From an uncultured Muribaculaceae bacterium (GTDB taxonomy: Bacteria > Bacillota_I > Bacilli_A > RF39 > UBA660): a stretch of DNA of 64,000 nucleotides. How positions within the stretch are numbered: the stretch's first letter is position 1; each line of letters begins with the position of its first letter. Made by a program: the position numbers and the translations under genes. Below the pieces are notes generated by a model. The model worked only from the letters and a program-made list of their open reading frames with translations. It did no database searches and had not been told where the DNA came from. Below, piece by piece: positions 28,996-39,165 of the stretch. The stretch covers positions 6,595-70,594 of the forward strand of contig CAYYLF010000001.1 of the NCBI GenBank assembly GCA_964472425.1, in the 5' to 3' direction.

Positions 28996-30342
28996 ATGGA
29001 TGAGACCATTTGTGCGATAAGTACAGCTTTGGGAGTCGGCGGGATTTCGATTATCAGAGTGAGCGGGAACGAGGCCGTGAGCATCGTAAACGGCGTATTC
29101 GATGGGACCGATTTGACGGCCGTCGATAGTCATACGATACATTATGGTCATATCGTCTTAGAAGGACAAGTCATCGATGAAGTTTTGGTGTCGGTCATGA
29201 AGGCACCGAGGACTTATACGACCGAAGATGTGGTCGAGGTGAATTGTCACGGTGGGATTGCGACGACGAACAAGGTCTTGGAGATTCTATTGCGGTCCGG
29301 GTGTCGATTGGCCGAACCTGGAGAGTTTACCAAAAGAGCTTTTTTGAACGGTCGAATCGACTTGGTCGAGGCCGAAGCAGTAGGAGAGGTCATTCGTGCA
29401 GAGAACGAGAATGCTCGTGAGTTGTCGGTAAACCAACTTACCGGGAAATTGTCCAATATAATAAGGAGAATGAAAGAGAAGATAGTTTCTTTAGAGGCAA
29501 ACATCGAAGTCAATATCGATTATCCAGAGTACGAGGACATCGAGGATATGACTTCAGAAAAAGTACTGTGTGCTCTCGAAGAATTAGAGGCCGAGGTCAC
29601 GAGAATGCTTGCGGAGAGTAAGACTGGGAAAATCATCAAGGATGGCATAGATGTCGCCATTGTCGGTCGGCCGAACGTCGGAAAGAGCAGCATTTTGAAT
29701 GCTCTACTCGAAGAAGAGAAGGCTATCGTCACAGATATAGAGGGTACGACCCGAGATTCGGTCGAAGGACAAATGATGCTCGGAGGAATAAAAGTCAATT
29801 TTATCGATACGGCAGGAATACGCAAGACGGACGATGTGGTGGAGAAAATCGGAGTCGATAAAGCAACTTCTTGGCTCGAGAAGGCCGATGTAGTCGTCTT
29901 GGTTTTGAACAATGCCGATGTTGCGAGTGCTCAGGAGAAGGAGTTGCTCGCGAGTCTCGAAGGTCGACCACACGTCGTATTCGTAAATAAAAACGATTTG
30001 GATGGCAAGTTAGATGTTTCATTGGAAAAAGCCGTGTACGGGAATACGGTCGAGCCTGACGGCTTGGATGGCCTCAAAAAGGCCCTTCTTAGCTTGACGC
30101 ATGCGGACGAAATTCCAAAAAAGGATTTTACTTATATTTCGAATGCGAGACAGGAGGCCACCATGAGAAAAGTCGGGGAAGCTATTAGTAAAGCCATCGA
30201 AGGGTCGAAAAACGGATTGCCAGTCGACGTAGTGGCGATAGATTTGGAAGAAGCGAGAATTCATTTGGGCGAGTTGCTCGGAGAGGTTTACGACGAGGAG
30301 CTCATCGACGAGTTGTTTTCTCGGTTCTGTTTGGGGAAGTGA
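28996..30342 (+). CDS. mnmE: tRNA modification GTPase MnmE
   Basis: G-domain motifs GRPNVGKSS and DTAG, with C-terminal CxGK. Note the C-terminus here is CLGK. Confidence 0.95.
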   Translation: MDETICAISTALGVGGISIIRVSGNEAVSIVNGVFDGTDLTAVDSHTIHYGHIVLEGQVIDEVLVSVMKAPRTYTTEDVVEVNCHGGIATTNKVLEILLRSGCRLAEPGEFTKRAFLNGRIDLVEAEAVGEVIRAENENARELSVNQLTGKLSNIIRRMKEKIVSLEANIEVNIDYPEYEDIEDMTSEKVLCALEELEAEVTRMLAESKTGKIIKDGIDVAIVGRPNVGKSSILNALLEEEKAIVTDIEGTTRDSVEGQMMLGGIKVNFIDTAGIRKTDDVVEKIGVDKATSWLEKADVVVLVLNNADVASAQEKELLASLEGRPHVVFVNKNDLDGKLDVSLEKAVYGNTVEPDGLDGLKKALLSLTHADEIPKKDFTYISNARQEATMRKVGEAISKAIEGSKNGLPVDVVAIDLEEARIHLGELLGEVYDEELIDELFSRFCLGK

Positions 30343-30347
30343 TTTAG

Positions 30348-32213
30348 ATGAAGTACGAGGTAATCGTAGTAGGAGGCGGACATGCCGGCATAGAGGCCGC
30401 GTATGCGACAGCAAGGATAGGGCACGAGACTTTGCTCATCACGGGCAACATAAAGAATATAGGCGACATGCCTTGTAATCCTTCGATAGGAGGTACTTCG
30501 AAGGGCGTCATAGTTCGCGAGGTAGATGCCTTAGGTGGAATCATGGGCAAGGTCGCGGACAAGTCTTTGTTGCAGATGAAGATGTTGAATGGCAGCAAGG
30601 GACCAGCAGTTCGTTGTTTGAGAGCTCAAGCCGATAAGGAGTTATATCCCGAGAATATGCAGGATATTCTTTTGCATACTCCACATTTGACCGTGAGGGA
30701 AGGAATAGTCGAGGGTCTTTTGACCGATGGGGCTCGAGTTACGGGCGTAACGCTCGAAGACGGGACGAGCATTTTTAGTAATGCAGTCATACTTACGACG
30801 GGAACTTATCTCAAGAGCGAGATTTTGCGAGGAAGCGAGAAAACTCCGGAGGGCCCTCACGGCGAGAAACGTTCGAATCATTTATCCGACAATTTGAAGA
30901 GTTTAGGGTTCGAGATTATCAGACTGAAAACGGGAACTCCTCCTAGGTTGGATGCGAATACGATAGATTATTCTAAGATGAAGGAGGAACTCGGAGACGA
31001 GGAGCATTGGTCTTTTTCATTCGATGGAGAGAGCGATTACGATGTAACTAAGCAGGAGAAATGTTATCTCATATACACGAATGCGAGAACTCACGAGATA
31101 ATTCGCGAGAATATTGCGAAGTCGGCCATGTACGGAGGGTACGTGACGGGTGTAGGACCTCGATATTGTCCCAGTATAGAAGACAAAATAGTGAAGTTCG
31201 CGGACAAGGAGAAGCACATTTTGTTCTTGGAGCCTCAAAGTATGGTAAAGGGAAGTCATTATTACGATGCGCTATATTTGCAAGGTTTTTCGACTTCAAT
31301 GCCAAAAGATGTGCAGGAAGAGATGGTGCACAGCTTGGCGGGACTCGAGAACGTCAAGATTTTGGAATATGCTTATGCGATAGAGTACGATGCCCTGAAT
31401 CCTTTGCAGATTAAGCCGTCGCTAGAATCGAAGATTTTGGAAGGCCTCTTTACAGCGGGGCAAATCAACGGAACGAGCGGATACGAGGAGGCAGCTGGGC
31501 AAGGCATAATAGCGGGAATAAACGCTTCGGCAAAGTTGAAAGGTCGCGAGCCTTTGATTTTGAAGAGGAACGAAGCGTACATAGGTGTACTCATCGACGA
31601 TTTGGTGACGAAAGGAACTATCGAACCTTACAGGATGCTCACTTCGCGTGCCGAGTTCAGACTCATCTTGAGGCACGATAATGCGGATGTGAGATTGCGA
31701 GGATACGGGTACGAGTATGGGACGATAGACGAGAGTCAAAAGGCAAGATTGGACGCGAAAGTTTCTTCTATCGACGAGGCGAAAGACTATGTAAGAAGGA
31801 CGAAAGTCAAACGGGAAGATTTGGAAGGAAAGGTCGCGAATGCTCGAACGATGAGCGTGTACGAATTATTGAAAAGACCGGAAGTAGATAGAGATATCAT
31901 TTTGGAGCTGGTGCCAGAGATGGCGAAGTACGACAAGGATGTCTTGGACGAGGTCATAATAGATGTGAAGTACGAAGGGTACATCGCAAAAACTTATAAG
32001 GATGCCGAAAAACTAGTCAAGTTGGAGAGCAAACAGATACCAGTAGATATCGATTATGCGAAAGTGTCCAACTTGGCTAGTGAAGCTAGGCAAAAACTCG
32101 AGGCCGTGAGACCGGCGACTATCGCGCAGGCTAGCCGAATAAGCGGAGTAAATCCGGCGGATATAGCCGTGTTATCGGTGTATTTGAGAAAGGAATATGG
32201 TAAGAATGAGTGA
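30348..32213 (+). CDS. mnmG: tRNA uridine 5-carboxymethylaminomethyl modification enzyme MnmG
   Basis: FAD-binding N-terminus VIVVGGGHAGIEAA. Confidence 0.95.
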   Translation: MKYEVIVVGGGHAGIEAAYATARIGHETLLITGNIKNIGDMPCNPSIGGTSKGVIVREVDALGGIMGKVADKSLLQMKMLNGSKGPAVRCLRAQADKELYPENMQDILLHTPHLTVREGIVEGLLTDGARVTGVTLEDGTSIFSNAVILTTGTYLKSEILRGSEKTPEGPHGEKRSNHLSDNLKSLGFEIIRLKTGTPPRLDANTIDYSKMKEELGDEEHWSFSFDGESDYDVTKQEKCYLIYTNARTHEIIRENIAKSAMYGGYVTGVGPRYCPSIEDKIVKFADKEKHILFLEPQSMVKGSHYYDALYLQGFSTSMPKDVQEEMVHSLAGLENVKILEYAYAIEYDALNPLQIKPSLESKILEGLFTAGQINGTSGYEEAAGQGIIAGINASAKLKGREPLILKRNEAYIGVLIDDLVTKGTIEPYRMLTSRAEFRLILRHDNADVRLRGYGYEYGTIDESQKARLDAKVSSIDEAKDYVRRTKVKREDLEGKVANARTMSVYELLKRPEVDRDIILELVPEMAKYDKDVLDEVIIDVKYEGYIAKTYKDAEKLVKLESKQIPVDIDYAKVSNLASEARQKLEAVRPATIAQASRISGVNPADIAVLSVYLRKEYGKNE

Positions 32214-32913
32214 AAAGGAATTTGTAAGTGCTCTTGCCGAATTGGGTATAGAGATTACGAAGGAACAAAAGAAGTTGTTCAAGAAGTATGCGGAATTTTT
32301 GTTAGAGTACAATACGCATACGAATTTGACGGCCATTCGAACTATCGAAGATGTGTATTTGACCCATTTTTACGATTCTTTGCTCGTGACGAAGTATTAC
32401 GATGTGAAGGGACGCGTCTTAGATATAGGAACGGGCGCCGGGTTTCCGGGAGTGCCTTTGAAAATTTGTTTTCCGGATATCGATTTGGTCGTTTTAGATT
32501 CGAACGGGAAGAAGACGAAGTTCTTGGAAGAGCTGAAGGGAGTTCTAGATATCAAATATACTGTCATAAACGAGAGAGCCGAAAAATATAATTCGATAGA
32601 GAGAGAGTCGTTCGATTTGGTCGTCTCGCGGGCCGTGACTTCGATGCCCGTCTTGGCCGAGTTGTGTATTCCGTTTGTGAAAGTAGAAGGCATGTTCGTG
32701 CCTTACAAGGGTCTTTTGGACGCGTCTTTGGAGAATGGAATCTATGCGATAAAAACTTTGGGAGGAGATGTGACTCGTGTGGTCGAGACAATTCTTCCCG
32801 TCAAGAATGCGACGAGGTCGTTCGTATTTATCTGTAAAAAGTGTAAAACACCCGACGGTTTTCCACGGGCATTTGATAAAATATCTAAAAAACCGTTGCA
32901 AAAAAAGGAATAA
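32197..32913 (+). CDS. rsmG: 16S rRNA (guanine527-N7)-methyltransferase RsmG
   Basis: GidB family with motif DIGTGAGFPG. Confidence 0.9.
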   Translation: MVRMSEKEFVSALAELGIEITKEQKKLFKKYAEFLLEYNTHTNLTAIRTIEDVYLTHFYDSLLVTKYYDVKGRVLDIGTGAGFPGVPLKICFPDIDLVVLDSNGKKTKFLEELKGVLDIKYTVINERAEKYNSIERESFDLVVSRAVTSMPVLAELCIPFVKVEGMFVPYKGLLDASLENGIYAIKTLGGDVTRVVETILPVKNATRSFVFICKKCKTPDGFPRAFDKISKKPLQKKE

Positions 32914-32965
32914 TAAAGTAAACTAGTTATAAGTAGAAGAATAAAAAGTAAAGGGGCAGACGCGT

Positions 32966-34117
32966 GTGAATAATGAACAAGTTCAAGAGATATTTGTCGA
33001 AGATATCATACCTAATAGATTTCAACCTAGGCTCACTTTCGATGAGAAGGCATTACAGGAACTGTCCGACTCGATAAAAGTCCACGGGGTCATTCAGCCC
33101 TTGGTGTTGAGGAAAGTCGGGAACAAGTACGAGATAATTGCCGGGGAGCGTAGGTACAAAGCATCATGTATGGCGGGATTAAAGAAGGTACCCGCGATTG
33201 TGCGCGAGCTAACGGACAACGAGAGTGCGGAAATCGCTTTAATCGAGAATATTCAAAGGAAAAATTTATCCAGTATAGAAGAGGCTCAGAGTTACAAGAA
33301 TCTCTTGGAAAGAGGTTATTTGACTCAGGATGAGTTGGCGAAGAAGTTGGGAGTGTCTCAACCTACTATTGCGAATAAATTGCGGCTTTTGAATCTTTGT
33401 GACGAGGTGCAGAATGCCCTTTTGAACGAACAGATTAGTGAGCGGCATGCGCGGAGTTTACTCCAAATTACTAATCCGGATGAACAGAAGAAGATGCTCA
33501 ATCGCATAGTGAAGGAGCGTCTGACGGTCAAACAGTTGGATAACGAAATCAAGAAGTTGTCGCAAGCAGATAGCGAAGCGGCTGGACAGGCTTCGGGAGA
33601 TAATTCTGGAGGAGGAATGGTTATGGAACCAAATGGACAGAATGTAGAAACGGGTATGAATGGCGTTCAGGAGCCACCAAAGCCTACGAAGAATATCTTC
33701 GGTTTTGCGATGGAGCCTCCTACGGATTTGGAGACTAGTGCACCGAATTTGACGGTAGGTGAGGAAGAGTTCGTTCCACCAATCAGTTTCAATCCGTTTG
33801 GGGGCGATACACAGAACAGTGTCCAACCCAACGAGACGGTTCTTCCACCGGTCAGTGAGCCGGAAACTATCGAAACGTTCGATATGTTTGGAGATGTCAT
33901 GAAGCCAGAGGAGCCAGCACCTAGTGCACCGTTCAGTTTCGATGCAGGAGTCAATCCTCAAGGTGCGCCGGTGGCAAGTGCTCCGCGCAGTGTCGGGGAC
34001 GAGATAAACAGCATCAGAGAAGCCGTCCGCGGAGCCGAGGCCGATGGTTTCCGAGTAGAATTAGAAGAGTACGATTTCGAAGATATGTATCAAATCGTGA
34101 TAAAACTCAAGAAGTAA
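32966..34117 (+). CDS. noc: ParB-family CTPase with Noc-type DNA-recognition residues (Noc-like); long disordered C-terminal linker and Spo0J-like terminal dimerisation helix
   Basis: ParB N-domain and GERRY CTP-binding motif at 60-64. HTH region VSQPTIANKLRLLNL...ISERHARSL is closer to B. subtilis Noc (GQSTIANKLRLLKL...ITERHARAL) than to Spo0J (SRPHIANHLRLLTL...LSMGHGRTL). It directly follows rsmG, as noc does. GTG start with an AAAGGGG RBS. Confidence 0.75.
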   Translation: MNNEQVQEIFVEDIIPNRFQPRLTFDEKALQELSDSIKVHGVIQPLVLRKVGNKYEIIAGERRYKASCMAGLKKVPAIVRELTDNESAEIALIENIQRKNLSSIEEAQSYKNLLERGYLTQDELAKKLGVSQPTIANKLRLLNLCDEVQNALLNEQISERHARSLLQITNPDEQKKMLNRIVKERLTVKQLDNEIKKLSQADSEAAGQASGDNSGGGMVMEPNGQNVETGMNGVQEPPKPTKNIFGFAMEPPTDLETSAPNLTVGEEEFVPPISFNPFGGDTQNSVQPNETVLPPVSEPETIETFDMFGDVMKPEEPAPSAPFSFDAGVNPQGAPVASAPRSVGDEINSIREAVRGAEADGFRVELEEYDFEDMYQIVIKLKK

Positions 34118-34162
34118 GTATTCCGATATTTACTTTTTTTGTTGTTTGAGTTAAGGTATGAT

Positions 34163-34693
34163 ATGAGTATGAAGAAAATTTTATTTGTGGATATCGATGG
34201 AGTTTTCAACAGCAGACAGACTCTCATAAAAAATAATGCCGATAGATTGTTTTATGGAAGGTTGTCTAAGTTGAGTACGGAGTTATTGGTGAAATGGCAT
34301 CTCTCTTATATGGATTTTGAGAAAATCGCGTTGATGAAGCGAATATGTGAGCTTACCGGGGCCGAACTCGTCATCATATCAGCGTGGAAGGATTTGGATG
34401 AATGGAGTCTAATCGAGGGTGAACTAATAAGGATAGGATTGCCCATCGTCGGAGTGACGAGCAGTGAGCATAGCCGCGGGGTCGGCATTCTCGATTACGT
34501 CGTAAAGAACGACGTAGAAAATTACTTCGTTTTAGATGACGATTATTTTCCCGATTACGATTCGACAATAGGTGACCACTTGATAAAGTGCGATTATTAC
34601 AACGATGGATTGTCTGAGGAATTGGCCGAAGAAGTTATAAAAATGTTTTTAAATTTGGATGAAAAAAGAAAGATACTCGAACACAAAGTTTGA
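34163..34693 (+). CDS. HAD-like hydrolase family protein (ILFVDIDGVFN motif)
   Basis: DxDG-type motif I close to the N-terminus. Confidence 0.5.
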   Translation: MSMKKILFVDIDGVFNSRQTLIKNNADRLFYGRLSKLSTELLVKWHLSYMDFEKIALMKRICELTGAELVIISAWKDLDEWSLIEGELIRIGLPIVGVTSSEHSRGVGILDYVVKNDVENYFVLDDDYFPDYDSTIGDHLIKCDYYNDGLSEELAEEVIKMFLNLDEKRKILEHKV

Positions 34694-34752
34694 TTGTTCG
34701 AGTATCTTTAGACAAGTTAGCCTCAGTTTAGATAAAGTAATACTTATGTCGA

Positions 34753-35500
34753 TTAAGCAATCAGTATAGTGTTTTTTAATTTATTGAGCCGTTCTAATGA
34801 AATGCCTGTGATGCCCATGATATCTTCTAAAGTGTACTTCTTTTGAAGCATCTTTTGGGCATCTTCTTCTTTGACAGTAGCAAGACCTTGTTCGATTCCT
34901 TGTTCCAGCCCTTGTTCCAGCCCTTTTTCGAGACGGTTGTACTTCTTTTCGATGTTCGGCAAGTATACATCTATGAAGATTATCTTGACTCTCATTCGTT
35001 TGCCGTCCGAGGCGTATGAAATTTTAATCGTATCCGTCTCACCTTTGAAGACGAAGTTGTTCATGTTCAGTTGAAAGACCGGCACATATATCGTTTCGAC
35101 TTCTTCTTGCAAGTCTTTGGAACTTGCAAACTCAGAGTACAGTTTGTTAACGTATTCGACATTTCTCTCTAGAGTGTTCGTGTTGTTCATCTCGAACGAG
35201 AGAAGAATGTTACCGAAGCGAGCGACAAAATCACCAGTGCGTTCACGAGATGTGAGTTTTTCTTTGCTGAAGACATTCTTGTAGAGCTGCATTTCTCTTT
35301 TAAGTTGTTCGAAGCTCACGTTTAGAAACTTCGAAAAGAGGTAGCAAGCGAATTCTCACGTCTTCTCAGTTTGAAACATCATCTTGAACGGTCCATCGGC
35401 TAGAGTGTTCACCATTTTACAGTTTTCTTCTAGTCTTATGCTACTCTTGTAGATAGGTGTACGGTCGAGAGATGTACTCTTGAGTAGGTACACCCAAAAT
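34753..35500 (-). pseudogene. Degraded Rpn/YhgA-like PD-(D/E)XK nuclease and putative transposase. An N-terminal fragment (MVNTLADGPFKMMFQTEKT*) and a C-terminal 188-aa fragment are separated by stops
   Basis: The C-terminal EKGLEQGLEQGIEQG repeat and the MGITGISLERL helix are typical of the Rpn family. The upstream in-frame stops and the N-terminal fragment were read by hand. Confidence 0.45.
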
Positions 35501-35939
35501 CAATTTTTCGAAATTCATTAGCCTCCTTTCTAGTTCACGAAAGTAGAGGTAAAGTATTTCCTAATCAAGATTATAAAATACTTTACTTCACAAGTGAACG
35601 ATTTTGTTCAAATTTTTTTGACAAAAGATTGTCAATGCGAGCCAACTTTATGAGTGGCGTCAAATAAAACGGGGCAAATGTCAAAAAAATAGAACATTGG
35701 TTCGTTTATTGCAGAAACTCCATTTTTGCTGAAACCCAGATGTAGAAAGAGTTTAAGGTCGAAAATGGGGTCAAAAAGCTGCAAAAATTAAAAATTGGCA
35801 AAAAGAGAGGTTTTCAGTGAATATTTGTATATTGAATTATAGAATATTTGAGTGTTCTATAAAGGAATATTTAGTTGTGGAACAAATTTCGTATAAGTGT
35901 AGAAAAAAAGATTGAACAAAAAAATAGCAAAACCTTTGC

Positions 35940-36176
35940 ATGTTTGCGAACTTTAAATATATAAAAGGTGTCGCGGAGCCTTCTCGAGCAAAGTTGTCTT
36001 TGATTGCTGATGCTTTGAATGTGAACGAATCTTGGTTGTTGGGGTACGATGCCGAGAACGGTTCTTCGGTTGTCAGTTTGGAACAATATAAATCACTCTT
36101 ATATAAAGATAAAAATCTTACGGATGATGAGATAAAGTACATATTCGATTATTTGAGAGAAAAGCACGGAAAATGA
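35940..36176 (+). pseudogene. N-terminally truncated XRE-family HTH remnant (…SLIADALNVNESWLLGYD)
   Basis: Only helix 3 onward of a Cro/CI-type HTH is present. An in-frame TAG sits 4 codons upstream of the ATG. Confidence 0.3.
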
Positions 36177-36275
36177 ACTTTCCCTCGAAAAATGCAAATA
36201 GTTAGTGAGTAGATTCCGAAAATACGGACATATTTAGGTATATTTACAAGCATTGAAAAAAAACTCAAGCAGAGT

Positions 36276-38213
36276 TTATTTTGAGACGTCCAAATAGATT
36301 TGTGGTTCGGTCCCTTTGACGAAGTAGAACATGGTACTTCGTCCTTTTTTTCCGTATTCGCCAGTCACGGGGTTGAGCGGGATGCCGATGACGTTTTTCG
36401 GAGTTTCATACCAAGAGGCCGGGGTGTCTTTGAGAGTTGTTTCCATCGTGTCGGCCCAGATATTTTTGACGACGGTTGCATAACCTTCGACGGCAAGGCC
36501 ATTGTCTTTGCCGGTCCAAATCATCAAAAGGGCGTCGGGGTTGTAACCGACTATCCAGTTGTCGGAGTCGGTCGTACCCGTTTTGATGGCGTAGTCTCTA
36601 GATAGACGGCCACGCATGTTGATGACGGTAGGAGTGTTGAATTCGATGAAGTCCGGATTGTAGGTGTTCGTGAGCATTTGGTTTAAGATGTAAACGTAGT
36701 TGTAGTTGAGGATAAGTTCGTCCGCGTTTTTCCGTTCGTAGATGAGGTTTCCATTCATGTCTTCGACTCGTCTTATCATGTGGATGTCGCGAGAGTAGCC
36801 TCCACTCGCAAGGGTGGTATATGCTTCGGCAAAGTCGAGCATGCCGAGTTCGATGGTGCCCAGTGGAAGCGACGGAATGGCCGGAAGGTCCTGTTTAAGA
36901 CCGATGGTTTTCATGGTGTTCGGTAGAACATCTTCTCCTAAAAAGATATGGGTTTTGACCGCGTATACGTTGTCGGAGTAGGATAGAGCCGCGGCCATCG
37001 TGATATTTTTGTTGCCGTAGAGATTGTTGAAGTTGGCAGGACTGTAGGTGGTGTTGTTCGCGAGGTTGAAGGTCGTGGCTTCGCTTCGGAAGGTGGAGGA
37101 CATCGTAAGACCATTGGCAAGTGCTGAATAGTAGAGAAACGGTTTCATAGTCGAGCCGACTTGTCTTTTGGATTGGGTGGCTCGATTGAATTGACTCGTA
37201 CTGTAGTTGCGGCCTCCGACGAGAGCTTTTAGAGCTCCGGTTTTGGGGTCTATATAGACGGAAGCTATTTGGGTGTCGTCGTCTAGCATGTTTTCTTTCA
37301 TCGCATTTTCGAGAGTGGTTTGGGTTTGAAGGTCGAGGGTCGTATAGATTTTGAGGCCGCCCGATTCGATTATGGATGAGGGAATGTTAGATAAAGATGT
37401 GAGTTCGGCGAGTACGGCGTCTTGGTAGTACATGAGGGTGGAGAGGTTGTTCTTGTCGCGTTTGCCGTATATTTCGATAGGTTTTTGGAAGAGATTTTGT
37501 CTTTCTTCTTCGGTGATGTAGCCGTTGGTGACCATGGTGTCGGCGACCAGTTTGGCTCGACTAATCGAAAGGTCGTAGTCCGAGACGGGGTTGTAGTAAC
37601 CTGGGCTTTTGGGAATGGCCGCGAGAATGCAGGCTTCTTCCAAAGTGAGGTTGCTCGCCGATTTGTCGAAGTAGTATAGCGAGGCATCTTGGATTCCATA
37701 GTTACCTTGACCGAAGTTGATGGTGTTCAAATAGCCTTCGAGTATCTCTTCTTTGGAGTAATGGACTTCCAGTTCGAGGGTGAGAAGGGCTTCTTCTATT
37801 TTACGAGCCCAAGTTTTCTCGAAAGTGAGGTACATATTTTTGACGTATTGCATACTGATGGTCGAGGCACCTTCTTGTCTAGAGTGGGTTCTTATGTTGT
37901 TGAGCATGGCTTTGGCGATTCGAAGGTAATCGAAACCTTGGTGTTTGTAGAAGTTTTTGTCTTCGATGGAGACTATAGCATTTTTGAGGTTTTGTGAGAT
38001 GTCGTCGTATCCTACCCACTCCGAAGACGACGAACCTTGGTAGACCAGTTCGTTGTTTTCATCATATATATAGAATTTGCCGTTCGTCTTGATGGCTATC
38101 TTGGGCGAGAGGAAGGCATAAAGGTAGAGGCCTCCTAAGGTGAGGATGCCCGTGATTACGAGAATGACGAATACTTTGGCGGTCGTTTTTAGAAATTTTT
38201 TGATAATAAACAC
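36276..38213 (-). CDS. Class A penicillin-binding protein (bifunctional glycosyltransferase and transpeptidase)
   Basis: N-terminal TM helix. GT51 motifs EDKNFYKHQGFD and GASTISMQYVKN. C-terminal transpeptidase motifs STMKP and KTGT. Confidence 0.9.
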   Translation of the reverse strand: MFIIKKFLKTTAKVFVILVITGILTLGGLYLYAFLSPKIAIKTNGKFYIYDENNELVYQGSSSSEWVGYDDISQNLKNAIVSIEDKNFYKHQGFDYLRIAKAMLNNIRTHSRQEGASTISMQYVKNMYLTFEKTWARKIEEALLTLELEVHYSKEEILEGYLNTINFGQGNYGIQDASLYYFDKSASNLTLEEACILAAIPKSPGYYNPVSDYDLSISRAKLVADTMVTNGYITEEERQNLFQKPIEIYGKRDKNNLSTLMYYQDAVLAELTSLSNIPSSIIESGGLKIYTTLDLQTQTTLENAMKENMLDDDTQIASVYIDPKTGALKALVGGRNYSTSQFNRATQSKRQVGSTMKPFLYYSALANGLTMSSTFRSEATTFNLANNTTYSPANFNNLYGNKNITMAAALSYSDNVYAVKTHIFLGEDVLPNTMKTIGLKQDLPAIPSLPLGTIELGMLDFAEAYTTLASGGYSRDIHMIRRVEDMNGNLIYERKNADELILNYNYVYILNQMLTNTYNPDFIEFNTPTVINMRGRLSRDYAIKTGTTDSDNWIVGYNPDALLMIWTGKDNGLAVEGYATVVKNIWADTMETTLKDTPASWYETPKNVIGIPLNPVTGEYGKKGRSTMFYFVKGTEPQIYLDVSK

Positions 38214-38267
38214 TCTCCTAACTGTCTTTAGTATGCTATAATAGGGGCAGTTTTATGAGGTGATTTT

Positions 38268-38612
38268 ATGAAAAAGTTACATTTTGTGTTCATGAACGGT
38301 GTGGAAAAGTCTTTCGATTTCCACAGTTCGTATACGGAGAAAGATGGGTTCGTGTGTTTTTCTTACGAAGGTGTCGATTATAAGGTGAAGCTCGATGGCG
38401 GAGTCGAATTTCAGAGAACGACGGCAGGGGAGAGATTCGTTTTGCGTGGGGATAAGACGAGCGACGTGACTCTTCTAGACTTGGATAAGACTTTCGAGAT
38501 TGGCGTGACGTCTTTCGAGTACGTAGAGAGGGGAGACGAACACGTCATAAAGTACGAGTTGGAGAGCGACTTGGGAAGCGAGAAGACCATTATTTTAACT
38601 TTCGACGTTTAA
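38268..38612 (+). CDS. Hypothetical protein, possibly DUF1934/YwiB-like beta-barrel
   Basis: 114-aa ORF. Family assignment is from memory only. Confidence 0.45.
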   Translation: MKKLHFVFMNGVEKSFDFHSSYTEKDGFVCFSYEGVDYKVKLDGGVEFQRTTAGERFVLRGDKTSDVTLLDLDKTFEIGVTSFEYVERGDEHVIKYELESDLGSEKTIILTFDV

Positions 38613-38724
38613 GATATTGACATAGAAGTGATTATATGTAATAATTTGGTACGAGTTATTTTGATGTACATATCAAATGTGACAAAGTAGCATATAATAG
38701 TAGGCGAGAAAGAGGAATGGCATT

Positions 38725-39159
38725 ATGAAGAAAATTAATTTGAGTCTAGAAGAAGCGGAGTTGATGAATTATAACGACATCGCTCACATTATTCTCGAAG
38801 AAAATGGCAAAAAGATGAAGATAAATACGTTGTTCGCAGAGGTCGGAAAGATTCTCGAGATGGAGGAAGATGAGTATGCTTCTTATATCGCAGATTTCTT
38901 CCAATTGTTAAGTACGGACAAGAGATTCATCATGCTCGAGGACGGTTATTGGGATTTGAGAATCAAACACAATAAAGGTATGGAAACTTTCGACGACGAG
39001 GATGACGACGAGGACATCATTTTGGAAGAGGAAGAAATGTCCGGTGAGGATGACATCTTCGATGAGGACGATGTCAAGTCTGAGGATGACGACGTGGACG
39101 ACGACGATTTGTCAGATTTGGTGATAGTCGACGATTTAGACGACGAGTCAAATATGTAA
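38725..39159 (+). CDS. rpoE: DNA-directed RNA polymerase delta subunit
   Basis: N-terminal HARE-HTH-like domain followed by a poly-acidic tail, aligning with B. subtilis RpoE (ELLNEIA...DGRFLALSDQTWGLR compared with TLFAEVG...DKRFIMLEDGYWDLR). Confidence 0.85.
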   Translation: MKKINLSLEEAELMNYNDIAHIILEENGKKMKINTLFAEVGKILEMEEDEYASYIADFFQLLSTDKRFIMLEDGYWDLRIKHNKGMETFDDEDDDEDIILEEEEMSGEDDIFDEDDVKSEDDDVDDDDLSDLVIVDDLDDESNM

Positions 39160-39165
39160 GAAAGG

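Noticed and set aside
35837-36142. Minus-strand ORFs of 71 and 101 aa opposite the XRE fragment
   Set aside because: No RBS or homology. They overlap each other in an AT-rich degraded region.
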